A DNA stretch of 40,474 nt from an uncultured Prevotella sp. (GCA_964623445.1 CAZURD010000003.1:1-40474), one strand, 5' to 3'; shown: positions 9,320-20,300, counted from the stretch's first letter. Program-made: numbers and translations. Notes: generated by a model not told the origin, from the letters alone.

Positions 9320-10176
9320 CTTGAAAGTATCTCCACGCCGTGTTCGGTCATAAGGAACGTGTGTTCCCACTGTGCGCTCGGCAGTTCGTCGCCCGTCACC
9401 ACCTCCCATCCGAAGGGGTCTTCGGCATCGATGAACACGCGCCAAGTGCCCATGTTTATCATTGGCTCAATGGTGAACACCATGCCGGGCACGATCAGCA
9501 TTCCCGTGCCCTTGCGCCCGAAGTGCGTCACCTCCGGCTCTTCGTGGAACTGAAGCCCCACTCCATGCCCGCAGAGGTCACGCACCACGCCGTAGTGGTA
9601 GCGTTCGGCGTGCTTCTGTATGGCGTTTCCGATGTCGCCCACGAAGCAATACGGCTTGGCCGCTTCCGCCCCGATCTCGAGGCACTCCTTGGCCACGCGC
9701 ACGAGTTGTTCCTTTTCGGGCGTGGTCTTGCCGATGATGAACATGCGCGAAGCGTCCGCGTAGTATCCGTCGAGTATGGTCGTGAAGTCCACGTTCACTA
9801 TGTCGCCCTCGCGCAGCACGTCTTTCTCCTTCGGTATGCCGTGGCACACCACCTCGTTGATGCTCGTACACACGCTCATGGGGTATCCCTCGTAGCCGAG
9901 GCAGGCCGGCGTGGCTCCGTGCGCGGCACAGTAGTCGCGGCAGATGCGGTCTATTTCAAGTGTGTTCATGCCCTCGTGGATGTGCTTCTCCACCTCGTCA
10001 AGCACGCCCGTGTTCACCACGCCGCTGCGTCTGATGCCCTCTATCTGTTCCGGAGTCTTGATGAGGCTGCGCGTCGGGACGAGTTTCCCCCTCCTCTCCT
10101 GCTCCATCACACGCAAATCAAGCTCGGTAGGCTCGGCTCCGTGTGCCAGCGTCCACCTCCTTCTCTTGCCAATCAT
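9316..10176 (-). CDS. map: Type I methionine aminopeptidase
   Basis: CTSINEVVCHGIP, DIVNVD, GHGVG.FHEEP, FTIEPMIN and SAQWEHT motifs. Confidence 0.96.
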   Translation of the reverse strand: MIGKRRRWTLAHGAEPTELDLRVMEQERRGKLVPTRSLIKTPEQIEGIRRSGVVNTGVLDEVEKHIHEGMNTLEIDRICRDYCAAHGATPACLGYEGYPMSVCTSINEVVCHGIPKEKDVLREGDIVNVDFTTILDGYYADASRMFIIGKTTPEKEQLVRVAKECLEIGAEAAKPYCFVGDIGNAIQKHAERYHYGVVRDLCGHGVGLQFHEEPEVTHFGRKGTGMLIVPGMVFTIEPMINMGTWRVFIDAEDPFGWEVVTGDELPSAQWEHTFLMTEHGVEILSR

Positions 10177-10267
10177 AGACTTTGTTTAAAGTAAAGCACG
10201 TGCAAAAGTACAACTTTTCCGCCATACGGCGCAACGTTGGATGGTTTCTTTCGGCAAAAGCCGCATG

Positions 10268-10349
10268 AAAAAACGAGCGGGAAGCCCCGGCACGCGGCGG
10301 TGGACCTGCGCCAATCGCACTGTCCACCGCCGCCGCCCGGCTTTCCGCT
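10268..10349 (-). terminator. Long GC hairpin, probable terminator of the antiporter gene
   Basis: AGCGGGAAGCC...GCGGCGGTGGAC / GTCCACCGCCGC...GGCTTTCCGCT preceded by an A6 run (U-tract on minus strand). Confidence 0.55.
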
Positions 10350-10386
10350 GTCCTCAAGTCTCCTTGTAAATATTAAATGTAAGCCG

Positions 10387-11727
10387 TCAGAAGATGAACG
10401 TGCGCTCCAGCCAGTAGACCAGCATTCCTGCCAGATAGCCGGCGAATGCCACTAGCGTGATGCGCTTCATGTACCACACGAAGGTTATCTTCTCCAGTCC
10501 CATGACCACCACTCCGGCCGCAGAGCCGATGATGAGCATCGAGCCGCCCACACCGGCGCAATAGGCGATGAGCTGCCAGAAGATTCCGTCCTGGGCCATG
10601 TCGCCTACTTCTGCCATTGGATACATGCCCATGCAGGCTGCCACGAGGGGCACGTTGTCGACGATGCTCGACATCACACCGATGATGCCGGTGACGAGAT
10701 AGTGGTTGCCCTCAAAGGTCACGTCGAGCCACTTGCCGGCCATTGTGAGCACGCCGATGGTTTCAAGGCAGGCCACGGCCATGAGTATGCCGAGGAAGAA
10801 GAGTATGGTGCTGATGTCCACGCGCTTCAGCATGTTGGTGATGCGCTTCAGCGTGCCGTCGTCCTCGCCTTCGGGGTGGCTGCGGTAGAAGATTTCCGTC
10901 ACCGTCCAAAGCAGGGCGAGGATGAGCAGTATGCCCACGAACGGGGGCAGGTGGGTGATGCTCTTGAAGATGGGCACGAAGATAAGTCCGCCCACGCCCA
11001 CGAAGAACACCGCCTTGCGCTGGCCGTCGGAGAGTCCGCCGGCAGCCACGGCAGCCGTGTCGGGAGCAGCCTTCACGAGGTCGCCCTTGAGCCACATCTG
11101 GAAGATGAGCGCAGGCACGGCCATCGAGACTATCGACGGCACCAGCAGTTCCTTGATCACGCCGGCTGCGGTGACGAGGCTCTTGTTCCACAGCATGATG
11201 GTGGTCACGTCGCCGATGGGCGAGAATGCGCCGCCGGCATTGGCCGCGATGATCACCAGCGAGGCGTAGATGATGCGATCCTTGTGGTCGGAGACGAGCT
11301 TGCGCAGAATCATAACCATTACGATGGAGGTCGTCATGTTGTCGAGGATGGCCGAGAGGATGAACGTCATGAACGCAATGCGCCACAGCAGCGAGCGTTT
11401 GCTCTTGGTGTCAATCATGTTGCGCACGAAGTTGAAGCCGCCGCTTTGGTCGACGGTTTCCACAATGGTCATTGCTCCGAGCAGGAAGAACAGCGTGGTG
11501 GAGGTGCTTCCAAGATGGCGTTCCATCACTTCGCTCACAGCCGAGGCAACGTCGCTTCCGACCGCCCCAGAGATGTAGCTGCCGGGATCAACCATAAACA
11601 GTGTCCAGCAGGCCACGAACATCAGCAAGGCCACGGCAGCCTTGTTGATCTTAGTCAAGCTCTCGAGTGCTATGCACAGATAGCCACACACGAAGACGAC
11701 TACAATCGCAATAGTCAATGATGTCAT
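10387..11727 (-). CDS. nhaD: NhaD-family Na+/H+ antiporter
   Basis: Polytopic membrane protein with INKAAVALL, LSAILDNMTT, AANAGGAFSPIGDVTT, SSIVDNVPLVA and GGSMLIIGSAAGV motifs. Confidence 0.88.
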   Translation of the reverse strand: MTSLTIAIVVVFVCGYLCIALESLTKINKAAVALLMFVACWTLFMVDPGSYISGAVGSDVASAVSEVMERHLGSTSTTLFFLLGAMTIVETVDQSGGFNFVRNMIDTKSKRSLLWRIAFMTFILSAILDNMTTSIVMVMILRKLVSDHKDRIIYASLVIIAANAGGAFSPIGDVTTIMLWNKSLVTAAGVIKELLVPSIVSMAVPALIFQMWLKGDLVKAAPDTAAVAAGGLSDGQRKAVFFVGVGGLIFVPIFKSITHLPPFVGILLILALLWTVTEIFYRSHPEGEDDGTLKRITNMLKRVDISTILFFLGILMAVACLETIGVLTMAGKWLDVTFEGNHYLVTGIIGVMSSIVDNVPLVAACMGMYPMAEVGDMAQDGIFWQLIAYCAGVGGSMLIIGSAAGVVVMGLEKITFVWYMKRITLVAFAGYLAGMLVYWLERTFIF

Positions 11728-12048
11728 TTTAGGTAGTTATTAGTAAATTGTCGATTATCGCTGCAAAGATAGCAAATAACCTCTGAATTGTAATCCCGAT
11801 ATTGCAAAAATAACCACGTAATCGTTTACAGCAGATGCGCTAATACCGACACACAATGCCGCGATGCCTCTTCGCCACAGCCCCATTGCGCACCGCATGG
11901 CGGCTCGCACGAATACAAACATTAACCTTTCGACGGATTGATTTTAACACGGTCGAATGGAGCGAAATGGAGTGCTGCGCAGCCGTGAACGCCATCCCGA
12001 CATCGCAAAACAGCCGCTTTCTGACCCCAAAAAGCCTCACCCACGCCA

Positions 12049-12175
12049 CAACGAGGCATTAAACGCTGTGCAACGAGGCATCAAGCGCACCGCGTTTTGA
12101 CTTATATCGCACCGCAACGAAGCATTAAACGCAGGCCAACGAGGCATTAATTGCGGGGCAAAACGTCCCATAACG
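12049..12175. repeat. 22-bp-period array of 17-bp cassettes (copy 2, 6 units)
   Basis: Units at 12049, 12071, 12093, 12115, 12137 and 12159, e.g. CAACGAGGCATTAAACG, CAACGAGGCATCAAGCG, CAACGAGGCATTAATTG. Confidence 0.85.
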
Positions 12176-12540
12176 CTGCACACTCTCGCATCAAACGCAC
12201 ACAAGCAACTGCCACACAACGACTTACTGCTGCACACGCTACACGCGCATATTTGCGCCCAAGCGGCGGATTTTTTGCGCCGTGGCCGGTTTTCGCGACT
12301 TTCGTGTAAACATAAATTACCCGCGTTGGCATTCCTATTCTTTTTTTAACGCACCGGCGGCAAGCACGGACTGCATCGCCCCGCCTGTGCCCCAACAGAC
12401 TGCCCAAAGCACCAACGGCGGCTGACGTGCCATAAAGGGCGGGGACAGACACCGCCCAACGCCCACCGACAGAATCCCGAGCGTTCAAATCTTTTAGCAT
12501 AAAAATCAAATAACGAAGATTCCGTTCAGAATAAAATCGC

Positions 12541-12548
12541 TAACTTTG
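12541..12548 (+). promoter_or_regulatory. -7 promoter box of the rhamnose operon
   Basis: TAACTTTG about 45 bp upstream of the rhaB ATG. Confidence 0.6.
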
Positions 12549-12591
12549 CCCAATAAACAAGCCAAAACTAAATACTGCTAACACACTAAAT

Positions 12592-14073
12592 ATGGAAGAA
12601 AAGAAGCTATTCTTCGCTGTCGACCTCGGGGCAACAAGCGGCAGAACCATCATCGGCACGCTGGCCTCGGGCAAAATCGAGCTTGAGGAACTCACGCGAT
12701 TCGACAACGACCTGATAGAGGCGCAGGGACATTTCTACTGGGACATCTACGCCCTATACCTTGAAATAATAAAGGGACTGAAGCTCGCCGCACAGCGAAA
12801 CTTGCCCATCCGCTCCATCGGCATCGACACGTGGGGCGTAGACTTCGTGTGCGTGGGCAGCGACGGTGCGCTGCTGCGCAACCCGCTGGCCTACCGCGAC
12901 CCGCACACCTTTGGCATGATGGAGGACTACTTCGCCTCTGCCGTGGACAAGGCCACCGTCTACGACATCACGGGCATACAGTTTATGAACTTCAACTCGC
13001 TCTTCCAGCTCCACGCAATGAGGAAGAACGGCAATGCCGCGCTTGAGGCGGCGGAGAAGATTCTCTTCGTGCCCGATGCCCTCAGCTATATGCTCACGGG
13101 CAAGATGGTGTGCGAATACACCATAGCCTCCACCAGCCAGATGCTCGACCCGCGCACAAAGCAGCTCGACGAGAAGCTCCTCGCAAGCGTGGGACTGACG
13201 CGCGACAAGTTCGGACAGATGGTGAACCCCGCCACTGTGATAGGCACTCTCACCGAGGAAGTGCAGAAGATGACCGGGCTTGGCCCGCTGCCGGTGGTCG
13301 CCGTGGCCGGCCACGACACGGCAAGCGCAGTGGCCGCCGTGCCCGCCAAGGACGAGAAGTTCGCCTACCTGAGCAGCGGCACGTGGAGCCTGATGGGCAT
13401 AGAGACCCACGATGCAATAATAAACGACCTGAGCTACGAGCGCAACTTCACCAACGAAGGCGGCATAGAGGGCACAACGCGATTCCTGAAGAACATCTGC
13501 GGAATGTGGCTCTACGAGCGTTGCCGCAAGGAATGGACAGACGCGCCCAAGTCGCACGGGGAGCTTATAGCCGATGCCATGAAGCAGCCGGCGTTCCGCT
13601 CCATCATCAACCCCGACGACCCGATGTTCGCCAACCCACCCTCGATGGTGGAGGCAATACAGGAATACTGCCGCCAGACGGGGCAGCCCGTGCCGCAAGG
13701 CTACGCCAAGACCTGCCGCTGCATATTCGAGTCGCTCGCCCTGCGCTACCGCCAGGTGTTCGGCTACCTGCGCGACATGGCCTCCTTCCCAATCGATGTG
13801 CTCCACATCATCGGCGGAGGCTCGCTCAACGCCCACCTCAACCAGTTCACGTCCAACTCGCTCGGCATTGAGGTGCTCGCCGGCCCGCAGGAGGGAACGG
13901 CCATAGGCAACATCATGTTGCAGGCCAAGGCCGCCGGCGACGTGGCCAACATCTGGGACATGAGGCGCATCATCGCGGCTAGCATCGAGATGAAACGCTT
14001 CACGCCCGCCGACAGGGAGGAGTGGGACGCGGCTTACGAACGCTTCCTGCAAATAACGGAGGGCAAACAATAG
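12592..14073 (+). CDS. rhaB: Rhamnulokinase (FGGY family)
   Basis: AVDLGATSGR, IGIDTWGVD, GHDTASAV, SSGTWSLMG and FTNEGG...RFLKNICGMW motifs; adjacent to rhamnose isomerase. Confidence 0.93.
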   Translation: MEEKKLFFAVDLGATSGRTIIGTLASGKIELEELTRFDNDLIEAQGHFYWDIYALYLEIIKGLKLAAQRNLPIRSIGIDTWGVDFVCVGSDGALLRNPLAYRDPHTFGMMEDYFASAVDKATVYDITGIQFMNFNSLFQLHAMRKNGNAALEAAEKILFVPDALSYMLTGKMVCEYTIASTSQMLDPRTKQLDEKLLASVGLTRDKFGQMVNPATVIGTLTEEVQKMTGLGPLPVVAVAGHDTASAVAAVPAKDEKFAYLSSGTWSLMGIETHDAIINDLSYERNFTNEGGIEGTTRFLKNICGMWLYERCRKEWTDAPKSHGELIADAMKQPAFRSIINPDDPMFANPPSMVEAIQEYCRQTGQPVPQGYAKTCRCIFESLALRYRQVFGYLRDMASFPIDVLHIIGGGSLNAHLNQFTSNSLGIEVLAGPQEGTAIGNIMLQAKAAGDVANIWDMRRIIAASIEMKRFTPADREEWDAAYERFLQITEGKQ

Positions 14074-14152
14074 GCCGCGCCAACGAAAGGACACAGGCAC
14101 AAAGACAGAAACAGCACACAATCTCACAACAAATAACATAAACCTAAAGCAA

Positions 14153-15409
14153 ATGAAAGCAGAACTTGTACAGAAGGCTTACGAGATAGCGAAGGAACGC
14201 TACGCAGCCGTTGGTGTCGACACGGAGAAAGTGCTCGAACAGATGCAAAACTTCCACCTCAGCCTCCATTGCTGGCAGGCCGACGACGTGAGCGGCTTCG
14301 AGGTGCAGGCAGGAGCACTCTCCGGAGGCATCCAAGCCACGGGCAACTACCCCGGACGCGCACGCAACATCGACGAGCTGCGGGCTGACATCGTGAAGGC
14401 CAAGTCGTACATCCCCGGTTCACACCGCCTCAACCTCCACGAGATCTACGGCGACTTCCAAGGCAAGGTGGTCGACCGCGACGAGGTAACACCGGAATAT
14501 TTCCAGAGCTGGATAGACTGGGCGAAGGAGAACGACATGAAGCTCGACTTCAACTCCACTTCGTTCTCGCACCCGAAGAGCGGCAACCTCTCGCTCGCCA
14601 ACCCCGACGAGGGCATCCGCCAGTTCTGGGTGGAGCACACGAAACGCTGCCGCGCCATCTCCGAGGCCATCGGAAAGGCACAGGACGACCCCTGCATAAT
14701 GAACCTGTGGGTACACGACGGAAGCAAGGACATGTGCGTAAACAAGTATCTCTACCGCAAGCTGCTGAAGAAATCGCTCGACGAAATCTTCGCCACCGAA
14801 TACAAAAACATGAAGGACTGCATCGAGTCCAAAGTGTTCGGAATCGGCCTTGAGAGCTTCACCGTTGGCTCGAACGACTTCTACACGGCCTACGCCGCAC
14901 AGAACAACAAGCTCATCACGCTCGACACCGGCCACTTCCATCCCACGGAGAGCGTGGCCGACAAGGTGTCGGCAATGCTGCTCTACGTGCCAGAGCTGAT
15001 GCTCCACGTGAGCCGCCCGGTGCGCTGGGACTCCGACCACGTGACCATCATGGACGACCCGACGCTCGACCTCTTCCAGGAGATTGTCCGCGCCGACGCC
15101 CTCGACCGCGTACACTACGGACTCGACTACTTCGATGCCTCCATCAACCGCATCGGAGCATACGTCATCGGCAGCCGCGCCGCACAGAAATGTATGGTCC
15201 GCGCACTGCTCGAACCGCTGGCACAACTGCGCAAGTATGAGGCCGAGGACAAGGGCTTCGAGCGTCTCGCTCTGCTCGAAGAGGCAAAGGCTCTGCCTTG
15301 GAACGCCGTCTACGACGAGTTCTGCCTGCGCAACGACGTACCCGTGGGCGCAGAGTTCATAGCCGACGTGGAGAAATATGAGGCCGACGTGACCTCAAAG
15401 CGCGCATAA
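14153..15409 (+). CDS. rhaA: L-rhamnose isomerase
   Basis: SLHCWQADDV.GFE, GGIQATGNYPG, LDTGHFHPTE, HVSRPVRWDSDHV and GLDYFDASINR motifs. Confidence 0.96.
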   Translation: MKAELVQKAYEIAKERYAAVGVDTEKVLEQMQNFHLSLHCWQADDVSGFEVQAGALSGGIQATGNYPGRARNIDELRADIVKAKSYIPGSHRLNLHEIYGDFQGKVVDRDEVTPEYFQSWIDWAKENDMKLDFNSTSFSHPKSGNLSLANPDEGIRQFWVEHTKRCRAISEAIGKAQDDPCIMNLWVHDGSKDMCVNKYLYRKLLKKSLDEIFATEYKNMKDCIESKVFGIGLESFTVGSNDFYTAYAAQNNKLITLDTGHFHPTESVADKVSAMLLYVPELMLHVSRPVRWDSDHVTIMDDPTLDLFQEIVRADALDRVHYGLDYFDASINRIGAYVIGSRAAQKCMVRALLEPLAQLRKYEAEDKGFERLALLEEAKALPWNAVYDEFCLRNDVPVGAEFIADVEKYEADVTSKRA

Positions 15410-15433
15410 CCCACAACAGACCAACAAGGGACA

Positions 15434-15630
15434 AGAAACTGTTTTGAATTTATCGTGTGGTGATTGGGGATGAGTTTTTGAGGCAGTTTTGTTTCCGTGA
15501 TGAGGAAGATAGCGGGCTATCTGACGAAGCACGGGAGCGAAAATGGCCAAAAAATCGCCCAAATCACGCACGAAGACTAAAGCAAAAAGTCAAGGGAAAG
15601 GACTTCTTGTAGAAATTCAAAACAGTTTCT
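15434..15630. mobile_element. MITE-like fold-back element, family B (197 bp)
   Basis: Perfect 18-bp TIRs AGAAACTGTTTTGAATTT / AAATTCAAAACAGTTTCT, complementary internal arms, central AGATAGC-GG-GCTATCT hairpin (15507-15522), no ORF. Confidence 0.8.
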
Positions 15631-15634
15631 AAGG

Positions 15635-15741
15635 AAGCCAGGGGAGCCGGAGGAGTTAGGAGACAAACGTCTTGGCTGCATCAACGACAGGCCGCCATGA
15701 AGCCATTGCCCTCCAACTCCCTTGATTCCCCTGGCTTTTTT
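15635..15741 (+). other. Long hairpin followed by T-run between rhaA and rhaT
   Basis: AAGCCAGGGGA...GGAGTTAGGAG / CTCCAACTCC...TCCCCTGGCTT, then TTTT. Confidence 0.6.
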
Positions 15742-15964
15742 GAGTGACATCGCTCAAGCCTTGCAACGGCGTTCCACGGCTTCGAGTCGACGGCGGCTTG
15801 CAGGCCGAGACCGCAACGCAGCAGGAAATGCGGCCGGCGGGACTTGGCGAGGCTACTGCCACAAAGCCACGGCGCAGACGGGGCATGACGATGGATGCCC
15901 ACCCGGAAGCCGATGCCAGAGTGTACGGTGCGTCCCTTGACTAATCCTTTCACACAAAAAGACA

Positions 15965-16999
15965 ATGGACATCGCAATAGGACTGCTTATCATAGCCATC
16001 GGCGCGTTCTGCCAATCGAGCTGCTACGTGCCAATAAACAAGATAAAAGACTGGAGCTGGGAGTCGTACTGGATTGTGCAGGGCGTGTTCGCGTGGCTCG
16101 TGCTGCCGCTCCTTGGCGCACTGCTGGCCGTGCCAGAGGGCCACAGCCTCCTTGAACTGTTCACGGCAGATGCCTCGTTCAACATCTGGATGACCATACT
16201 CTTCGGGGTGCTGTGGGGCGTGGGCGGACTCACGTTCGGCCTCTCCATGCGCTATCTCGGCGTGGCCCTGGGGCAGTCGATAGCCCTCGGGACATGCGCA
16301 GGTCTCGGAACGATAATGGGCCCGGTGCTGCTCAACGTGTTCTTCCCCGAACTCGACGCGCTCAGCTCGCTCACGTTCTCCGTGATTCTCGGCGTGGTGG
16401 TCACGCTGGTGGGCATCGCCATCATTGGCGTGGCTGGCTCGATGAAGGCCGCCTCGCTCTCTGAAGAGGAGAAAAAGGCTGCCGTGAAAGACTTCAACTT
16501 CCCCAAGGGGCTTGCCATCGCACTGCTCGCAGGCTTCATGAGCGGCTGCTTCAACGTGGGACTGGAGTTCGGCAAGGGAATAAACTTCGGCGATCTCACG
16601 CCCGACATCTACAAGACGCTGCCAGCCACGATGCTCGTGACGCTCGGCGGATTCTTCACCAACGCCGTCTATTGCTTCTACCAGAACTCTAAGAACAAGA
16701 CGTGGGGCGACTACCGCAAGGCCAGCGTGTGGGGCAACAACCTCGTGTTCTGCGCACTCGCAGGCGCACTGTGGTACAGCCAGTTCTTCGGCCTCTCGCT
16801 CGGCAAGGGCTTCCTCGGCTCGTCACCGACGCTGATGACGCTCTCGTTCTGCATACTGATGGCACTCAACGTGGTGTTCTCAAACGTCTGGGGCATCATC
16901 CTAAAGGAGTGGAAAGGCTGCTCGCAGAAGACCATCGGCGTGCTCATCGTGGGCATCGTGGTGCTGATTATATCCTCGTTCCTGCCACAGCTCATATAA
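15965..16999 (+). CDS. rhaT: L-rhamnose/proton symporter
   Basis: WSWESYW, LWGVGGLTFGLSMRYLGVALG and NVWGIILKEWKG motifs; about 10 TM segments. Confidence 0.95.
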   Translation: MDIAIGLLIIAIGAFCQSSCYVPINKIKDWSWESYWIVQGVFAWLVLPLLGALLAVPEGHSLLELFTADASFNIWMTILFGVLWGVGGLTFGLSMRYLGVALGQSIALGTCAGLGTIMGPVLLNVFFPELDALSSLTFSVILGVVVTLVGIAIIGVAGSMKAASLSEEEKKAAVKDFNFPKGLAIALLAGFMSGCFNVGLEFGKGINFGDLTPDIYKTLPATMLVTLGGFFTNAVYCFYQNSKNKTWGDYRKASVWGNNLVFCALAGALWYSQFFGLSLGKGFLGSSPTLMTLSFCILMALNVVFSNVWGIILKEWKGCSQKTIGVLIVGIVVLIISSFLPQLI

Positions 17000-17195
17000 T
17001 CCCCAAATCGGTCATTGGGCCGTTATTGCGCCGAGAAAGGACTTTCTTAAAACTCTTCGCCTGCTTCCGCGCTCCTGCCGGCATCTTGTCTCCCGTCTCG
17101 CCTCGGCGTAGCCCGCTACGCTTTCGACGAGGCCAGAAGCCAACCTGCATGGCATGACCGCAGAATCAGCCTGAAGCCTAACGACCGATTGGGAT
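16999..17195. mobile_element. MITE-like fold-back element, family A (complete, 197 bp)
   Basis: Imperfect TIRs ATCCCCAAATCGGTC / GACCGATTGGGAT, central GCGTAGC-CC-GCTACGC (17106-17121), second copy at 1-133. Confidence 0.82.
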
Positions 17196-17220
17196 AAGAC
17201 AGACACACATCCGCAACTGA

Positions 17221-17271
17221 CTGAGCCGCCTCCGAAGCACGACAGCGCACCGGAGGCGGCTCAGCGTTTTT
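17221..17271 (+). terminator. Intrinsic terminator of the rha operon
   Basis: 14-bp perfect stem CTGAGCCGCCTCCG / CGGAGGCGGCTCAG followed by CGTTTTT. Confidence 0.75.
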
Positions 17272-17367
17272 GCGACACACCCGCCTTGGCTCGTTCGGGA
17301 AAAAGGCTTACCTTTGCAAACGAAATGCACAAGCGCGCCACAGCCTGCCGCTTATGCCCTGTCAGCA

Positions 17368-20300
17368 ATGGAAATCAAGGAATTACAAGCCTTATATGCC
17401 AGCCTGCCGCAAGTGGGCGCGCTGGCGAAAGCGATAAGCAACAGTTCATCGAAGACAATCTACCTCGGCGGCCTGGCGGCCTCGGCAGCCCCAATGGTGT
17501 TCGGAAGCCTTGCCGAAAAATGCGGGGGGACGTTCCTGTTCATACTCCAAGACGCAGACGAGGCCGGCTATTTCTACCACGACCTGACGCAACTCAGGGG
17601 CGACGACAATGTGTTCTTCTTCCCGTCATCATACCGGCGCGCCGTGAAATATGGCCAACGCGACCCAGCCAGTGAGATATTGCGCACCGAAGTGCTCGCC
17701 CGACTGTCGGCAAAGGCCGGCGGCAACGGCGGCACGCCGCTCCATGTGGTGACGCACCCGGAGGCCGTGGCCGAGCTGGTGGTGTCGCGCAAGAGCCTCG
17801 ACAGTAGGCGCATAGAGCTGAAGCAGGGGCAAACGGTGGATGTCGGGGAACTGGCCAAGACGCTACGGGGGCTTGGATTCAACGAGGTGGACTACGTTTA
17901 CGAGCCGGGGCAGTTCGCAATGCGCGGCAGCATCCTCGACATTTTCTCTTACAGCGGCGAATATCCCTACCGAATAGACTTCTTCGGGGACGACATCGAC
18001 ACCATGCGCACATTTGAAGTGGAGACGCAACTCTCGCGCGAGAGATGCGAAAGCGTGGTGATTGTGCCCGAACTGACGGCACAGACAGACGGCCAAGTGC
18101 CTGTGCTCGACTTCCTGCCGGCCGATGCCACGCTCGTGGTGCGCGACCTTTCTTTCGTGCGCGACACCGTGGAACGCACGTGGCGGGAGGGCTTCTCGAA
18201 GCAGGCCATTGCCGAACGGCTTGAAGAAGCCACGGAAATGGAGCGTCGCGACATACTCGAAAAGATGCGCCGCGAAGCACGCCTGATGGACGGCAACCGC
18301 TTCGCAAAGGCCGCAGCGGGATTCCGCATCGTGGAGCTGGGGCGCAGCAACGTCCCCGGGCAAGAGGCAACAATACAATTTGACACCACGCCGCAGCCCC
18401 TATTCCACAAGAACTTCGACCTGCTCGAACGCTCACTCGAAGACTATGCACTCCGTGGCTACCGCCTGTATGTGCTCGCCGACAGCCAGAAACAGAACGA
18501 ACGCCTGCGGGAAATATTCGCATCGCGCGCCAAGGCAGGCAGCGGAATAGAGTTCACGCCGGTCAACCGCACGCTACACGAGGGCTTCATCGACAACGAC
18601 TTGCGCGTCTGCCTCTTCACCGACCACCAGATTTTCGACCGTTTCCACAAGTACAACCTGCGCTCCGAGAAGGTGCGCGGAGGCAAAGTGGCTCTCACTC
18701 TGAAGGAAATCAAGCAGTTTGAGCCGGGCGACTACGTTGTACACGCAGACCACGGCATCGGCCGCTTCGGCGGTCTCGTGCGTATGCCGAGGGGCAACGG
18801 CTACCTCGAAATGATCAAAATACAGTATCTCAACGGCGACACCATCTACGTTTCGATACACGCCCTGCACAAAGTGTCCAAGTATAAGTCGCAGGACAGC
18901 GGCGAACCGCCACGCCTTAGCCGCCTCGGCAGTGGGCAATGGGAACACCTGAAGGAGCGCACGAAGAAGAAACTGAAGGACATCGCACGCGACCTCATAC
19001 GCCTATACGCACAGCGGCGCAGCGAACGGGGCTTCGCCTTCAGCCACGACACGTTCATGCAACATGAGCTGGAGGCCAGTTTCCTATACGAAGACACGCC
19101 CGACCAGCTCAAAGCCACCAACGACGTGAAAGCCGACATGGAGCGGCAGCGGCCAATGGACCGCCTCGTCTGCGGCGATGTGGGCTTCGGCAAGACCGAG
19201 GTGGCTGTCCGCGCGGCGTTCAAGGCGGCTTGCGACTCGAAGCAGGTGGCGGTGCTCGTGCCCACAACGGTGCTGGCCTACCAGCACTACCGCACGTTCA
19301 GCTCGCGACTGAAGGACTTCCCCGTGCGCGTGGACTACCTCACACGGGCACGCACCGCCAAGCAGACGAAGGAACTGCTGGCCGACCTTGAAGCGGGAAA
19401 GATAGACATACTCGTGGGCACTCACAAGATAATAGGCAAGTCGGTGAAGTTCAACGACCTCGGACTGCTCATCATCGACGAGGAACAGAAGTTCGGAGTG
19501 GCCACCAAGGAACGCCTGCGGCAAATGAAGACGAACGTAGACACGCTAACGATGTCGGCCACGCCAATACCCCGCACGCTGCAATTCTCGCTCGTGGGGG
19601 CACGCGACCTCAGCATCATACAGACACCGCCGCCAAACCGCTACCCTATACAAACGGAGATACACACGTTCGGCGCGGAGATAGTATCCGACGCAATAAA
19701 CTTTGAAATGAGCCGCAACGGACAAGTGTATTTCGTAAACAACCGCATCAGCGACCTGCAATCAATCGCCGGGATGATAAAGAAATACGTCCCGGACGCA
19801 CGCATCGCCATCGGACACGGGCAGATGAAGCCGGAGGAACTGGAGCGGATCATAATGGACTTCGCCAACTACGACTACGACGTGCTGCTCTCGACGACCA
19901 TCGTGGAGAACGGCATCGACATCCCAAACGCCAACACCATTATAATAAATGGTGCGCAAAACTTCGGCCTCAGCGACCTGCACCAGATGCGGGGGCGCGT
20001 AGGACGCGGAAACCGCAAGGCGTTCTGCTACCTGCTCGCGCCGCCGCTGGCATCCCTCACCGCAGAGGCGAGACGGCGACTTGAAGCCCTCGAAAGTTTC
20101 TCCGACCTCGGCTCGGGCATCAACATAGCCATGCAAGACCTCGACATACGCGGGGCGGGCAACCTGCTCGGGGCGGAACAGAGCGGATTCATTGCCGACC
20201 TCGGCTTTGAGACCTACCAGAAAATCCTAAACCAAGCTGTGACTGAACTCAAAAATGAGGAGTTTGCCGACCTCTACGCCGAAGAAGCGGCCAGCGGCGA

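Noticed and set aside
15656-15977. Short ORFs between rhaA and rhaT as a rhamnose mutarotase or toxin
   Set aside because: No RhaM-like or hydrophobic toxin features; the ORFs overlap hairpin sequence.
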